DNA of 53,297 bases from an uncultured archaeon (GTDB lineage: Archaea; Thermoplasmatota; E2; DHVEG-1), in contig CABMCU010000073.1 of the NCBI GenBank assembly GCA_902384685.1, positions 1 through 53,297 of the forward strand, in the 5' to 3' direction. Both the position numbers and the translations under genes were made by a program. The notes beneath the pieces were generated by a model. That model did no database searches and was not told where the DNA came from. It saw only the letters and a program-made list of their open reading frames with translations. This document shows positions 1 to 7,845 of this stretch, piece after piece; position 1 is the first letter of the stretch; every line of letters begins with the position of its first letter.

Positions 1-59
1 ATTACAGCATCTACGGAGATCATAAAGGACAAACAAAGATCGGTGATTTCACCAAGTGA
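1..59 (+). CDS. 3' end of a gene cut by the window edge, probably an IS200/IS605-family transposase
   Basis: Frame 3 reads YSIYGDHKGQTKIGDFTK*, ending in a PIP-box-like QxxIxxF, and is followed by an IS200-type hairpin. Confidence 0.4.
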   Translation, partial: YSIYGDHKGQTKIGDFTK

Positions 60-79
60 ACAAAAAAAGTTAGACTCCA

Positions 80-116
80 ATTCATCCACTGGTTAAAACC
101 AGTGGTATTCTTGGAG
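80..116. mobile_element. IS200/IS605-like subterminal hairpin
   Basis: Perfect palindrome CCACTGGTT-AA-AACCAGTGG at 86-105, in the context ATTCAT...TATTCTTGGAG. Confidence 0.55.
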
Positions 117-165
117 ATTTTTTATAATTAATTATCTAAATGGATATTCTCGGAAATCTTCAGAA

Positions 166-252
166 TTAAATACTTTTCGAGTACATGCTCCTTTTTTCAG
201 CAACTCCTTTTTGTACTTTTCTTTTTACTCTTCTCCTTACACCTAAAACCAT
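166..252 (-). CDS. 28-aa basic micro-protein MVLGVRRRVKRKVQKGVAEKRSMYSKSI
   Basis: ATG preceded by GGTGGAGGT SD; promoter motif about 40 nt upstream (291-317). Not in the ORF track. Confidence 0.55.
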   Translation of the reverse strand: MVLGVRRRVKRKVQKGVAEKRSMYSKSI

Positions 253-290
253 TTTTTTACCTCCACCTTATCGTTTCATAATAAATACTT

Positions 291-317
291 CTTTAAAAAC
301 ATATCTTTGGTAACTCA
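291..317 (-). promoter_or_regulatory. Shared BRE/TATA promoter motif, copy A
   Basis: CTTTAAAAACATATCTTTGGTAACTCA; minus strand reads AAAGATATG-TTTTTAAAG. Confidence 0.55.
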
Positions 318-533
318 TGTTTTCTGGTAATGATTGGCAAGATTATTTTCTCCTTTTTTTCTTTCTTTATCTTTATATCTCCAACCATATCCTGGGTATC
401 TCATTTCTTTAAAACCTTTTAAAAATTCGTCAAATTTTTTTGGACTCCTGAAACAAATTGTTCTTACAACTTCTCCTGTTTTTTCATTAAATAACTCAAT
501 TACTTTTTTATTCATCGTTCTAAACCGACTCAT
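315..533 (-). CDS. Hypothetical 72-aa protein
   Basis: ATG directly abuts the stop of the upstream C2H2 micro-ORF (TAA ATG). Confidence 0.6.
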   Translation of the reverse strand: MSRFRTMNKKVIELFNEKTGEVVRTICFRSPKKFDEFLKGFKEMRYPGYGWRYKDKERKKGENNLANHYQKT

Positions 534-626
534 TTAAACATATCCTTTATCGTGTTCTTTTGCATAATGTGCATATAGTTCCTTTTCACTTTTAAAGGAT
601 TTACCACATACCTTACATGTTGGCAT
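534..626 (-). CDS. 30-aa single C2H2 zinc-finger protein MPTCKVCGKSFKSEKELYAHYAKEHDKGYV
   Basis: C-x2-C-x3-F-x5-L-x2-H-x4-H pattern; promoter motif 40 nt upstream. Not in the ORF track. Confidence 0.8.
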   Translation of the reverse strand: MPTCKVCGKSFKSEKELYAHYAKEHDKGYV

Positions 627-660
627 ATCCTATACCGCCATCTTGTTATTTTATAGCAAT

Positions 661-691
661 CCCTCTTTAAGAACATATCCTTAGAAACCCA
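661..691 (-). promoter_or_regulatory. Shared BRE/TATA promoter motif, copy B
   Basis: CCCTCTTTAAGAACATATCCTTAGAAACCCA; 29/31 identical to 5735-5765. Confidence 0.6.
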
Positions 692-863
692 ACTTTCGTG
701 CAAATGAATAACGATGATAAAAATAAAAGAAGAATTATTCGAGTTTAAGTCTTTTTCGTTTCATTCTATTCTTCCGAATTTTTTTATCTTTCCGTTTTTG
801 TTTTGTGGTCGTTTAAATCACCTCCTCAAACCATGAAGTCTGAACTTCTTTAAAACAGTTGGT

Positions 864-1100
864 TCAATGTAACTTTACGCCTGTTAATGTCTTGGTGTCG
901 ATTATACCATCTATTGTTTTAATCTTTTGTATAATGATTTGTCCGATGCTTTCATAATCTTCTTCTTCAATTTTTGCGATAAGATCGTATTCCCCAAACA
1001 ATGGATGAAGTTCAATAACTTCTTTGAGCATCGAGAGTTTATTGAATACTTCGTACTCATGTGTAGGCGAAATATGAATGAGAACAAAACCTATTACCAC
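864..1100 (-). CDS. Stand-alone Lrp/AsnC ligand-binding (RAM) domain protein
   Basis: 78 aa with LFGEYDLIAK and IDGIIDTKTL motifs and no HTH; motif copy at 1141-1167 upstream. Confidence 0.85.
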   Translation of the reverse strand: MVIGFVLIHISPTHEYEVFNKLSMLKEVIELHPLFGEYDLIAKIEEEDYESIGQIIIQKIKTIDGIIDTKTLTGVKLH

Positions 1101-1253
1101 CTTTATTTCTCCTTTATCATCAATATCATAACATCTCGTTCCTTAAAAGCATACCCTTAGAAACACATGTTTTGTGCGGGTAGCCGCTAAGTGAACTTCG
1201 GTCTGAGAACCTTTATATAACATTCCCTCCTTACGCTACTCCGAGGAAATAAT

Positions 1254-1445
1254 ATGGCATTTGAAAAAGACGGGTATATCCTCCACACACGTGAAGTCAA
1301 GTTGAAAGGCGGAAGAGACCAGAAAATATACTATTTTTGCAAAGCAGGAAACAAACCAAAAAGTGGCAAACCCTGCGATATACCCGATGGGTATACAACT
1401 GGTGTCAACAAACGAACTAAATTACCATATCTAAAAAAGAAATAA
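1254..1445 (+). CDS. Small basic hypothetical protein (63 aa)
   Basis: TATA (TTTATATA, about 1212), GAGG SD, ATG, T-rich terminator after the stop. Confidence 0.75.
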   Translation: MAFEKDGYILHTREVKLKGGRDQKIYYFCKAGNKPKSGKPCDIPDGYTTGVNKRTKLPYLKKK

Positions 1446-1693
1446 ATTTTTCTTCTTTTTTTAATTAAGTATATGCAAAATGTATTGTCTTTTCCCCAAT
1501 GATTTACAATTTTATAACATCTTTTTCCTTAAATAACCAACCATAAGTAAAATTAAAAAAATATAAAGATGTTAAAAAAAACAGATTATGTAACCAGCAT
1601 ATTATGAGAGAATCATTTTAATAGATATACTTGTTCTTTGTTTTGCAACCTAAAAAATGTGACACTGCACTTTTTAATGAAAAGTGATACTCT

Positions 1694-2245
1694 ATGATAG
1701 AAATAAAATTACAAAATATTGTAGCATCTACATCTTTTGCAGATAAGTTGGATCTTGATGTGATAGCACAATCATTGGAAGAAGCTGAATATGAGCCTGA
1801 GCAGTTTCCTGGGCTTGTGTATCGGTTGAGTAATCCGAAAACCGCTACCCTTCTATTTAGAAGTGGGAAGGCGAACTGTACTGGTGCAAAGAATATTGAA
1901 GATGTCAAAACCACTCTCAATATCATTGCGGAAAAACTGAAGAAGCTAGGTGTTGAGGTCTATAAAGACCTTGGGATCGTCATTCAGAATATAGTTGCTA
2001 CAGCTGATCTGGGGGGAGAACTTAATCTTAACGAAGTAGCTATATCTCTTGGTTTAGAGAATATAGAATATGAACCTGAACAGTTCCCCGGACTTGTGTA
2101 TCGTATCAAAGAGCCGCGTGTTGCGATGCTGCTGTTCGGCTCCGGTAAAATAGTCTGTGCAGGTGCAAGAAAGATACAGGATGTGTCATTAGCCGTAGAT
2201 AATTTATCAAAAGAGCTTTCTTCTTTAGGGCTTCTCCATAAGTAA
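1694..2245 (+). CDS. tbp: TATA-box binding protein
   Basis: Two direct repeats QNIVA...EYEPEQFPGLVYR...LLFxSGK. Confidence 0.97.
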   Translation: MIEIKLQNIVASTSFADKLDLDVIAQSLEEAEYEPEQFPGLVYRLSNPKTATLLFRSGKANCTGAKNIEDVKTTLNIIAEKLKKLGVEVYKDLGIVIQNIVATADLGGELNLNEVAISLGLENIEYEPEQFPGLVYRIKEPRVAMLLFGSGKIVCAGARKIQDVSLAVDNLSKELSSLGLLHK

Positions 2246-2402
2246 AAACTTTCTCGTACTATAATGGGGCAACGGAAAAAACCCCAAATCTGTTAAATAG
2301 AGGGATGTTCTGTTTTCATAAGAAAATCCTCAAAAATTCCCATGTACGAGTATTTATATAACTCAACTGATGAGTGAGAGAATATCAGGGATTTGATTTG
2401 TT

Positions 2403-3338
2403 TTGGTTAAAAAAGAAAAGCAGACAATAGAAGAGATCGTTCAATGTCCTGAATGTGGGAGTAACCATCTGAGTAAAGATTACTCTCGGGCAGAATTGGT
2501 GTGTAGAAATTGCGGATTTGTTCTTGATGAAGATATCATTGATCATGGACCTGAATGGCGAGCGTTTGATAGCGAACAGCGGGAAAAACGAGCTCGAACT
2601 GGGGCGCCAATGACGTATACCATTCATGATAAGGGACTCAGTACGATGATCGGATGGAAAAACAGAGATTCCTATGGGAAGTCAATTCCAACGAGAAATA
2701 GAGCGCAGATCTACCGTTTGAGAAAATGGGCACGGCGTATTCGGATTAGCGATGCAACAGAGAGAAGCCTTGCTATTGCATTTTCTGAGCTTGATAGAAT
2801 GGCATCAGGCATGGGACTTCCAAGAACGGTGAGGGAGACCGCTGCTGTGATTTATAGAAAAGCAGCATTGAAGAAATTGGTCCGTGGTAGAAGCGTAGAA
2901 GGTGTTATCACTGCAGCTTTGTATGCGGCATGCCGGCAGTGCCATGTGCCACGTACGCTTGATGAAATAAGTAGCATAGCACATATATCGAGGAAAGAGC
3001 TCGGAAGGACCTATAGATATGTCTCCCGTGAATTAGGATTAAGATTGTTACCGACTTCACCAGAGGATTATATTTCAAGGTTTTGCAGTGAACTGAAACT
3101 TAGTGGTGATGTGCGAGTGAAGACCTTGGAGATATTACAAGATGCTACATACCGAGAACTTACGAGTGGACGTGGCCCAACGGGTATGGCAGCAGCATCT
3201 CTCTATATTGCATCAGTTCTTTGTGGTGAACGGAGAACACAACGTGAGGTAGCAGATGTCGCAGGTGTAACAGAAGTCACCATTCGAAATCGCTACAAGG
3301 AAATCACAAAAAAACTAGATATAGCCATTGGCTTGTAA
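2403..3338 (+). CDS. tfb: Transcription initiation factor IIB
   Basis: CPECG...CRNCG zinc ribbon, GPEWRAF B-reader, two cyclin repeats, [10 protein letters not shown]; TTG start. Confidence 0.97.
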   Translation: MVKKEKQTIEEIVQCPECGSNHLSKDYSRAELVCRNCGFVLDEDIIDHGPEWRAFDSEQREKRARTGAPMTYTIHDKGLSTMIGWKNRDSYGKSIPTRNRAQIYRLRKWARRIRISDATERSLAIAFSELDRMASGMGLPRTVRETAAVIYRKAALKKLVRGRSVEGVITAALYAACRQCHVPRTLDEISSIAHISRKELGRTYRYVSRELGLRLLPTSPEDYISRFCSELKLSGDVRVKTLEILQDATYRELTSGRGPTGMAAASLYIASVLCGERRTQREVADVAGVTEVTIRNRYKEITKKLDIAIGL

Positions 3339-3639
3339 GTTTACCGTTCTCCCTATTTACTCTTCTTTATAGTTGTTAAGATTATTTCCATTGAAGATAC
3401 ATTGGAGGCTCTACCTTCTTCGTTGGTGAGGCTATCGTTTCCAATTTTTATCTTTTTTATTGTTGCATCTGTAACAAACCTGTTTCTCACATGATAAGCC
3501 ATATTACGTGGGGAAATGCAGGAGCAGTGAGGGTCAAAACCTGTATCAAACCCTCAAATCACTGACCTCCATCCGTCAATGTATAGCATTATATAGTGAT
3601 TGTATTATTTACGCAACCCAAAAAAGGATGTAATGAAAA

Positions 3640-3813
3640 ATGTATCGAGACAATAATAGAGGCGGTGGCTATGGTGACGCACCCCGAGTAATGCATAAGG
3701 TTACATGTGCAGATTGTGGAAAAGAAACTGAAGTTCCCTTTAAACCAGATGGTTCTAGGCCAGTTTACTGTCGGGACTGTTATCAGAAACATCGGCCACC
3801 AAGGAGATATTAA
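3640..3813 (+). CDS. CxxC-x17-CxxC zinc-ribbon protein (57 aa) with N-terminal RGG segment
   Basis: MYRDNNRGGGYGDAPRVMHKVTCADCGKETEVPFKPDGSRPVYCRDCYQKHRPPRRY; poly-T terminator follows. Not in the ORF track. Confidence 0.9.
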   Translation: MYRDNNRGGGYGDAPRVMHKVTCADCGKETEVPFKPDGSRPVYCRDCYQKHRPPRRY

Positions 3814-3892
3814 ATATCTCTTTTTTTTTATTTTTTTCTTTAAAAAACGATTAATTTTGTTTGAACAAGTAAAAGATCCTTCATTTCAGACC

Positions 3893-4039
3893 GTATTATC
3901 GGCCTGGATCGACCTTCATTTTCCTACTCTGTTGGTCCTTGGTAGGAACTTTCGGAACTACTACCACTATCGTAACCTTTATATGAAAGTGTCTACATGG
4001 TATTTCTACTTTTAATAGTATTTAAAGGAGGTAAACATT
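3893..4039 (+). promoter_or_regulatory. Thermosome upstream region, copy 1 (putative heat-shock operator, TATA, SD)
   Basis: Homologous to 27982-28128; 39-bp identical block 3924-3962; TTTATATGAA; GGAGGT SD. Confidence 0.7.
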
Positions 4040-5701
4040 ATGATGGCTGGAGGACAGCAACCAATTATCATCCTTAGAGAAGGAACGAAGCGAGATAAAG
4101 GAAAAGGCGCACAGTTAAACAACATTATGGCAGCACGAGCAATCTCCGATGCAGTGAAATCAACACTAGGTCCGAAAGGAATGGACAAGATGTTGGTCGA
4201 CTCTATGGGTGATGTGGTTATCACGAACGATGGAGCTACTATTCTTAAAGAAATCGATGTTGAGCACCCTGCAGCGAAGATGATCGTTGAAGTCGCCAAA
4301 TCACAAGATGAAGAATGCGGCGATGGAACAACATCAGCGGTGATTCTCACCGGTGAGTTGTTAAAATACGCTGGAGAACTTATCGAGCAGAACATCCACC
4401 CGACCGTTATCTGCGCAGGATACAAGCTTGCAGCAACCAAAGCAATTGTTGAACTCAACAAAATGGCGATACCGATAAAACCAGGGGACAAGAAAACCCT
4501 GAAAAACATCGCGATGACCTCGATGGCTAGTAAAGGTGCGAGCGCATCGAAAGATCTCCTCGCGGACGTCGTCGTTGACGCAATTACCAGCGTCGCAGAA
4601 CATATCGGTGATAAAACCATCGTTTATATGGACAACATCCATATCCATAAGAAACACGGCGGTAGTATCCAGGACACCAGGATTATAAAAGGTATCATTC
4701 TGGATAAAGAACGCGTCCATGAGGGAATGCCCCGACATTTAAAAAATGCAAAAATAGCACTTGTGAACGCGGCCTTAGAGATCAAAAAAACAGAGATTGA
4801 TGCACGTATTCAAATCCAAGACCCTACCCAGCTGCAAGCATTCCTTGATGAAGAGGAGTCCATGCTACGGAAAATGGTTGAGAAAGTCAAAAAAAGCGGT
4901 GCGAACGTTCTAATATGTGAGAAAGGCATTGATGATCTTGCGCAACATTTCCTCTCCAAAGAAGGTATTTACGCAGTTCGGAGCGCGAAGAAAAGCGACA
5001 TGGACAAACTCGCAAAAGCAACCGGCGCAACCGTTGTCGCAAACCTTTATGAGCTCTCAACAAAAGACCTCGGATTCGCAGGAACTGTCGAGGAGCAAAA
5101 GATCGGCGATGACAAGATGACGTTTGTTACGGACTGCAAGAATCCAAAGGCAGTCTCCATTCTTATACGCGGTAGCACCGAGCATGTAGTTGACGAACTT
5201 GATCGTGGTATGCACGATGCGTTGTTTGTTGTGAAAGTCGCTCTGGAAGATGGTAAAATGACAGCTGGTGGAGGCGCAGCCGCTACATGGATTGCTATGG
5301 CGTTACGAGAATATGCTACCACAGTCGGTGGACGAGAGCAGATGGCGATCGAAGCCTATGCAAACGCAGTTGAAATCATCCCCAAGACCCTTGCTGAGAA
5401 TGCGGGGTTGGATCCTATCGATATGATGCTTGAGGTACGCAGATCCCACAAGAAAGGCGGCAAGTACGCTGGTATTGACGTGTTAAATGGAAAAGTCAGT
5501 GACATGTTAAAAATCAATGTCATCGAACCACTTCGCGTCAGCGTCCAAGAAGTACAAGTCTCAACCGAAGCAGCAACCATGATCCTTCGGATCGACGACG
5601 TCATCGCCTCAAAGGGTGGCGGTGGTGGCGGAATGCCTCCAGGTGGACCTGGTGGTATGCCCGGTGGAATGCCTGGTGGCGGTGGGCTAGACGATTACTA
5701 A
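4040..5701 (+). CDS. ths: Thermosome (group II chaperonin) subunit, copy 1, with unusual substitutions
   Basis: TLGPKGMDKML, TNDGATIL, GDGTT, GGM-rich tail. Confidence 0.96.
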   Translation: MMAGGQQPIIILREGTKRDKGKGAQLNNIMAARAISDAVKSTLGPKGMDKMLVDSMGDVVITNDGATILKEIDVEHPAAKMIVEVAKSQDEECGDGTTSAVILTGELLKYAGELIEQNIHPTVICAGYKLAATKAIVELNKMAIPIKPGDKKTLKNIAMTSMASKGASASKDLLADVVVDAITSVAEHIGDKTIVYMDNIHIHKKHGGSIQDTRIIKGIILDKERVHEGMPRHLKNAKIALVNAALEIKKTEIDARIQIQDPTQLQAFLDEEESMLRKMVEKVKKSGANVLICEKGIDDLAQHFLSKEGIYAVRSAKKSDMDKLAKATGATVVANLYELSTKDLGFAGTVEEQKIGDDKMTFVTDCKNPKAVSILIRGSTEHVVDELDRGMHDALFVVKVALEDGKMTAGGGAAATWIAMALREYATTVGGREQMAIEAYANAVEIIPKTLAENAGLDPIDMMLEVRRSHKKGGKYAGIDVLNGKVSDMLKINVIEPLRVSVQEVQVSTEAATMILRIDDVIASKGGGGGGMPPGGPGGMPGGMPGGGGLDDY

Positions 5702-5734
5702 ACAATCAATCCCTTTCTTTCTTTTTTTTTATTT

Positions 5735-5765
5735 CCCTCTTTAAAAACATATCCTTAGAAACTCA
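5735..5765 (-). promoter_or_regulatory. Shared promoter motif, copy D, pointing antisense into thermosome 1
   Basis: CCCTCTTTAAAAACATATCCTTAGAAACTCA immediately after the T-rich terminator. Confidence 0.45.
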
Positions 5766-5981
5766 GGTTCATAGAGCCCCAGTAGGGCTTACGGAACTTA
5801 AGTTAAAAGCCCACAAAAAATATCGTCTTAAAAAAATTAATAATTATCAAAATGCATATCCTCGCAAATCATCAGAAATAAATATTTTTCGGGTATAATG
5901 CTCCCTTTTTTCAGCACCAGAAGAAAGATCGATTTTTACAAATTTTTTGTGTTCTTCCAACAGGTGAAAAAAATGAAAAGG

Positions 5982-6054
5982 TGCTCCTGTCGGGATTCGA
6001 ACCCGAGTCGAAGCCTCGAAAGGGCCTCATGATTGGCCGCTACACTACAGGAGC
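5982..6054 (-). tRNA. tRNA-Glu (anticodon TTC)
   Basis: GCTCCTG acceptor stem, AGGCC-CTTTCGA-GGCTT anticodon arm, TCGGG-TTCGAAT-CCCGA T arm. Confidence 0.95.
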
Positions 6055-6071
6055 AGTTATTTATTTGAGCA

Positions 6072-6144
6072 TAGCCCCAAGAGGATTCACACCTCCATCG
6101 CTAGTACCAAAAGCCAGCATTACCGACTACTACACTACGGGGCA
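6072..6144 (-). pseudogene. Degenerate tRNA-Gln(TTG)-like gene
   Basis: GCCCCG/TGGGGC acceptor, anticodon loop TT-TTG-GT, T arm GGAGG-TGTGAAT-CCTCT lacking TTC. Confidence 0.7.
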
Positions 6145-6248
6145 AGCAATCATTTTTAGTGTAATAGGTCCGAGATTAGAATTAACCTATATAACTTTTT
6201 CACGTTTGTGAAACCTTATATCACACAAATGAGTTTACCTCTGATGAG

Positions 6249-6746
6249 GTGTGTTCGTTGGTAGATATAAAACTTATTAATAAAGTCTCTGATGAACTAA
6301 AAAAACATCATGTAACTATTGCAACAGCAGAGTCTTGTACTGGCGGTCTTCTTGCACATAGTTTGACGAACATTTCCGGAAGTTCCGAATATTTTGATTA
6401 TGGAGTAATTTCTTACAGCAACAAAGCGAAAAAGCAGTTGCTTGGTGTCCCAGAACAATTATTAAAAAATTACGGCGCGGTTAGCAAAGAGGTAGCAGCA
6501 GCAATGGCTAAAGCAATACAGCAACGTGCACAGGTTAATTATGGTCTCGCAACTACAGGAATAGCCGGACCAACCGGAGGCTCTAAAGATAAACCGGTTG
6601 GATTAGTGTACATCGCTATATCTACAAAGGATACTGTTATCGTTAAACAATTTCTTTTCTCTGGTGATCGACTTACCAATAAAGAAAGCACGTGTACCGC
6701 TGCATTGGAACTCCTGTTAAACATACTATCCCACAAAAAGGGTTGA
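6249..6746 (+). CDS. pncC: CinA C-terminal family NMN deamidase (PncC)
   Basis: TAESCTGG, SYSNKAK, GAVS, TTGIAGPTGG, KPVGLVYI. Confidence 0.92.
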   Translation: MCSLVDIKLINKVSDELKKHHVTIATAESCTGGLLAHSLTNISGSSEYFDYGVISYSNKAKKQLLGVPEQLLKNYGAVSKEVAAAMAKAIQQRAQVNYGLATTGIAGPTGGSKDKPVGLVYIAISTKDTVIVKQFLFSGDRLTNKESTCTAALELLLNILSHKKG

Positions 6747-6751
6747 AAAAT

Positions 6752-7771
6752 GTGTTATTAATCGATGGTTCATACGGTGAAGGTGGCGGACAAATTGTCC
6801 GCACTGCAGTTGCGTTATCAGTGCTTACCAAACAACCTATAACAATAACAAATATTAGAGCAAACCGTCCGATCCCTGGGTTACGACCTCAACATTACAC
6901 AGCTCTTTCTTGTATCCAACGAATTTGTGATGCAGAGGTAGAAGGTGTTTCAGTACATTCAACGAGCTTGATGTTTACACCTCACGATATTAAACCAGGA
7001 ACCTATATCTTCGATATCGGTACCGCAGGGAGTATGACGCTTGTTTTTCAAGCATGTTTGCTAAGTGCGTTTCACACATCAACACCTCTAACCATAAAAC
7101 TGCGAGGAGGAAGCGATGTACGATGGGCACCATCATGGGATTATTTTACCTCTGTATTTCTCCCATTAATTTCAACAATTGGGATTAAAACTGAATCCCA
7201 ATTAATCAAACGTGGGTATTACCCAACAGGTGGCGGAGAAGCGATACTTACGATTTACCCCGTTGAAAAACTTATACCTTTCCATGGAGAAGAACCACAG
7301 AACTTTACCGATATGCAAGGAATCATACACCGCGCAAACCTTCCAGATCATATCAGTACACGTATGAAACATGCAGCGATAAAGATCGCGATGAAACACA
7401 ACCTTCGTTCTACCCTCCAAATTGATGCTGCCTCATCGACATCTTCTGGTACTGGAATTACCTTATGGTCTGCTTCAGGACCAACAATTCTGGGGTCATC
7501 AGTACTTGGAGAAAAAACAATTTCTGCTGAAGAGATTGGAGAAACCGCAGCAAATCAACTTATCCAGGAAATCACAAGTGGAGCAACTATTGATCGATAT
7601 GCAATAGATCAGATTTTACCTTACTTTGTTCTTGCACCGAAGGGATCTGCTTGTCTCACCAGAGAAATAAGTAATCATACCAAAACTAATATGTGGTTGA
7701 TTAAACAATTTTTTAATGTAGATTTTGAGGTGACACCGCAACAAGCTGCTATTCGAATTGTCGTCAAATAG
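6752..7771 (+). CDS. rtcA: RNA 3'-terminal phosphate cyclase (start GTG 6752 or TTG 6743)
   Basis: IDGSYGEGGGQ, RPIPGLRPQH, GTAGS, RGYYPTGGG, catalytic His in SNHTKTN. Confidence 0.95.
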   Translation: MLLIDGSYGEGGGQIVRTAVALSVLTKQPITITNIRANRPIPGLRPQHYTALSCIQRICDAEVEGVSVHSTSLMFTPHDIKPGTYIFDIGTAGSMTLVFQACLLSAFHTSTPLTIKLRGGSDVRWAPSWDYFTSVFLPLISTIGIKTESQLIKRGYYPTGGGEAILTIYPVEKLIPFHGEEPQNFTDMQGIIHRANLPDHISTRMKHAAIKIAMKHNLRSTLQIDAASSTSSGTGITLWSASGPTILGSSVLGEKTISAEEIGETAANQLIQEITSGATIDRYAIDQILPYFVLAPKGSACLTREISNHTKTNMWLIKQFFNVDFEVTPQQAAIRIVVK

Positions 7772-7845
7772 AACACAAATTTAAATACAAATAATATATT
7801 AGTTAATTGAACAAGCTTTGTTATAAATTGAATGTATATCAAGTG

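Noticed and set aside
166-252. Ribosomal protein L41e
   Set aside because: Basic, but lacks the W-x-K-K-R-x-R-R-L-K-R pattern.
4012-5604. Long antisense ORFs over thermosome 1 (likewise 28110-29411 and those over dnaK, opp and leuC)
   Set aside because: Shadow frames of well-conserved genes, with no motifs or SD.
5616-5690. GGT/GGC/ATG-CCT repeats at thermosome 3' ends (also 29703-29785)
   Set aside because: Normal Gly-Gly-Met chaperonin tail.
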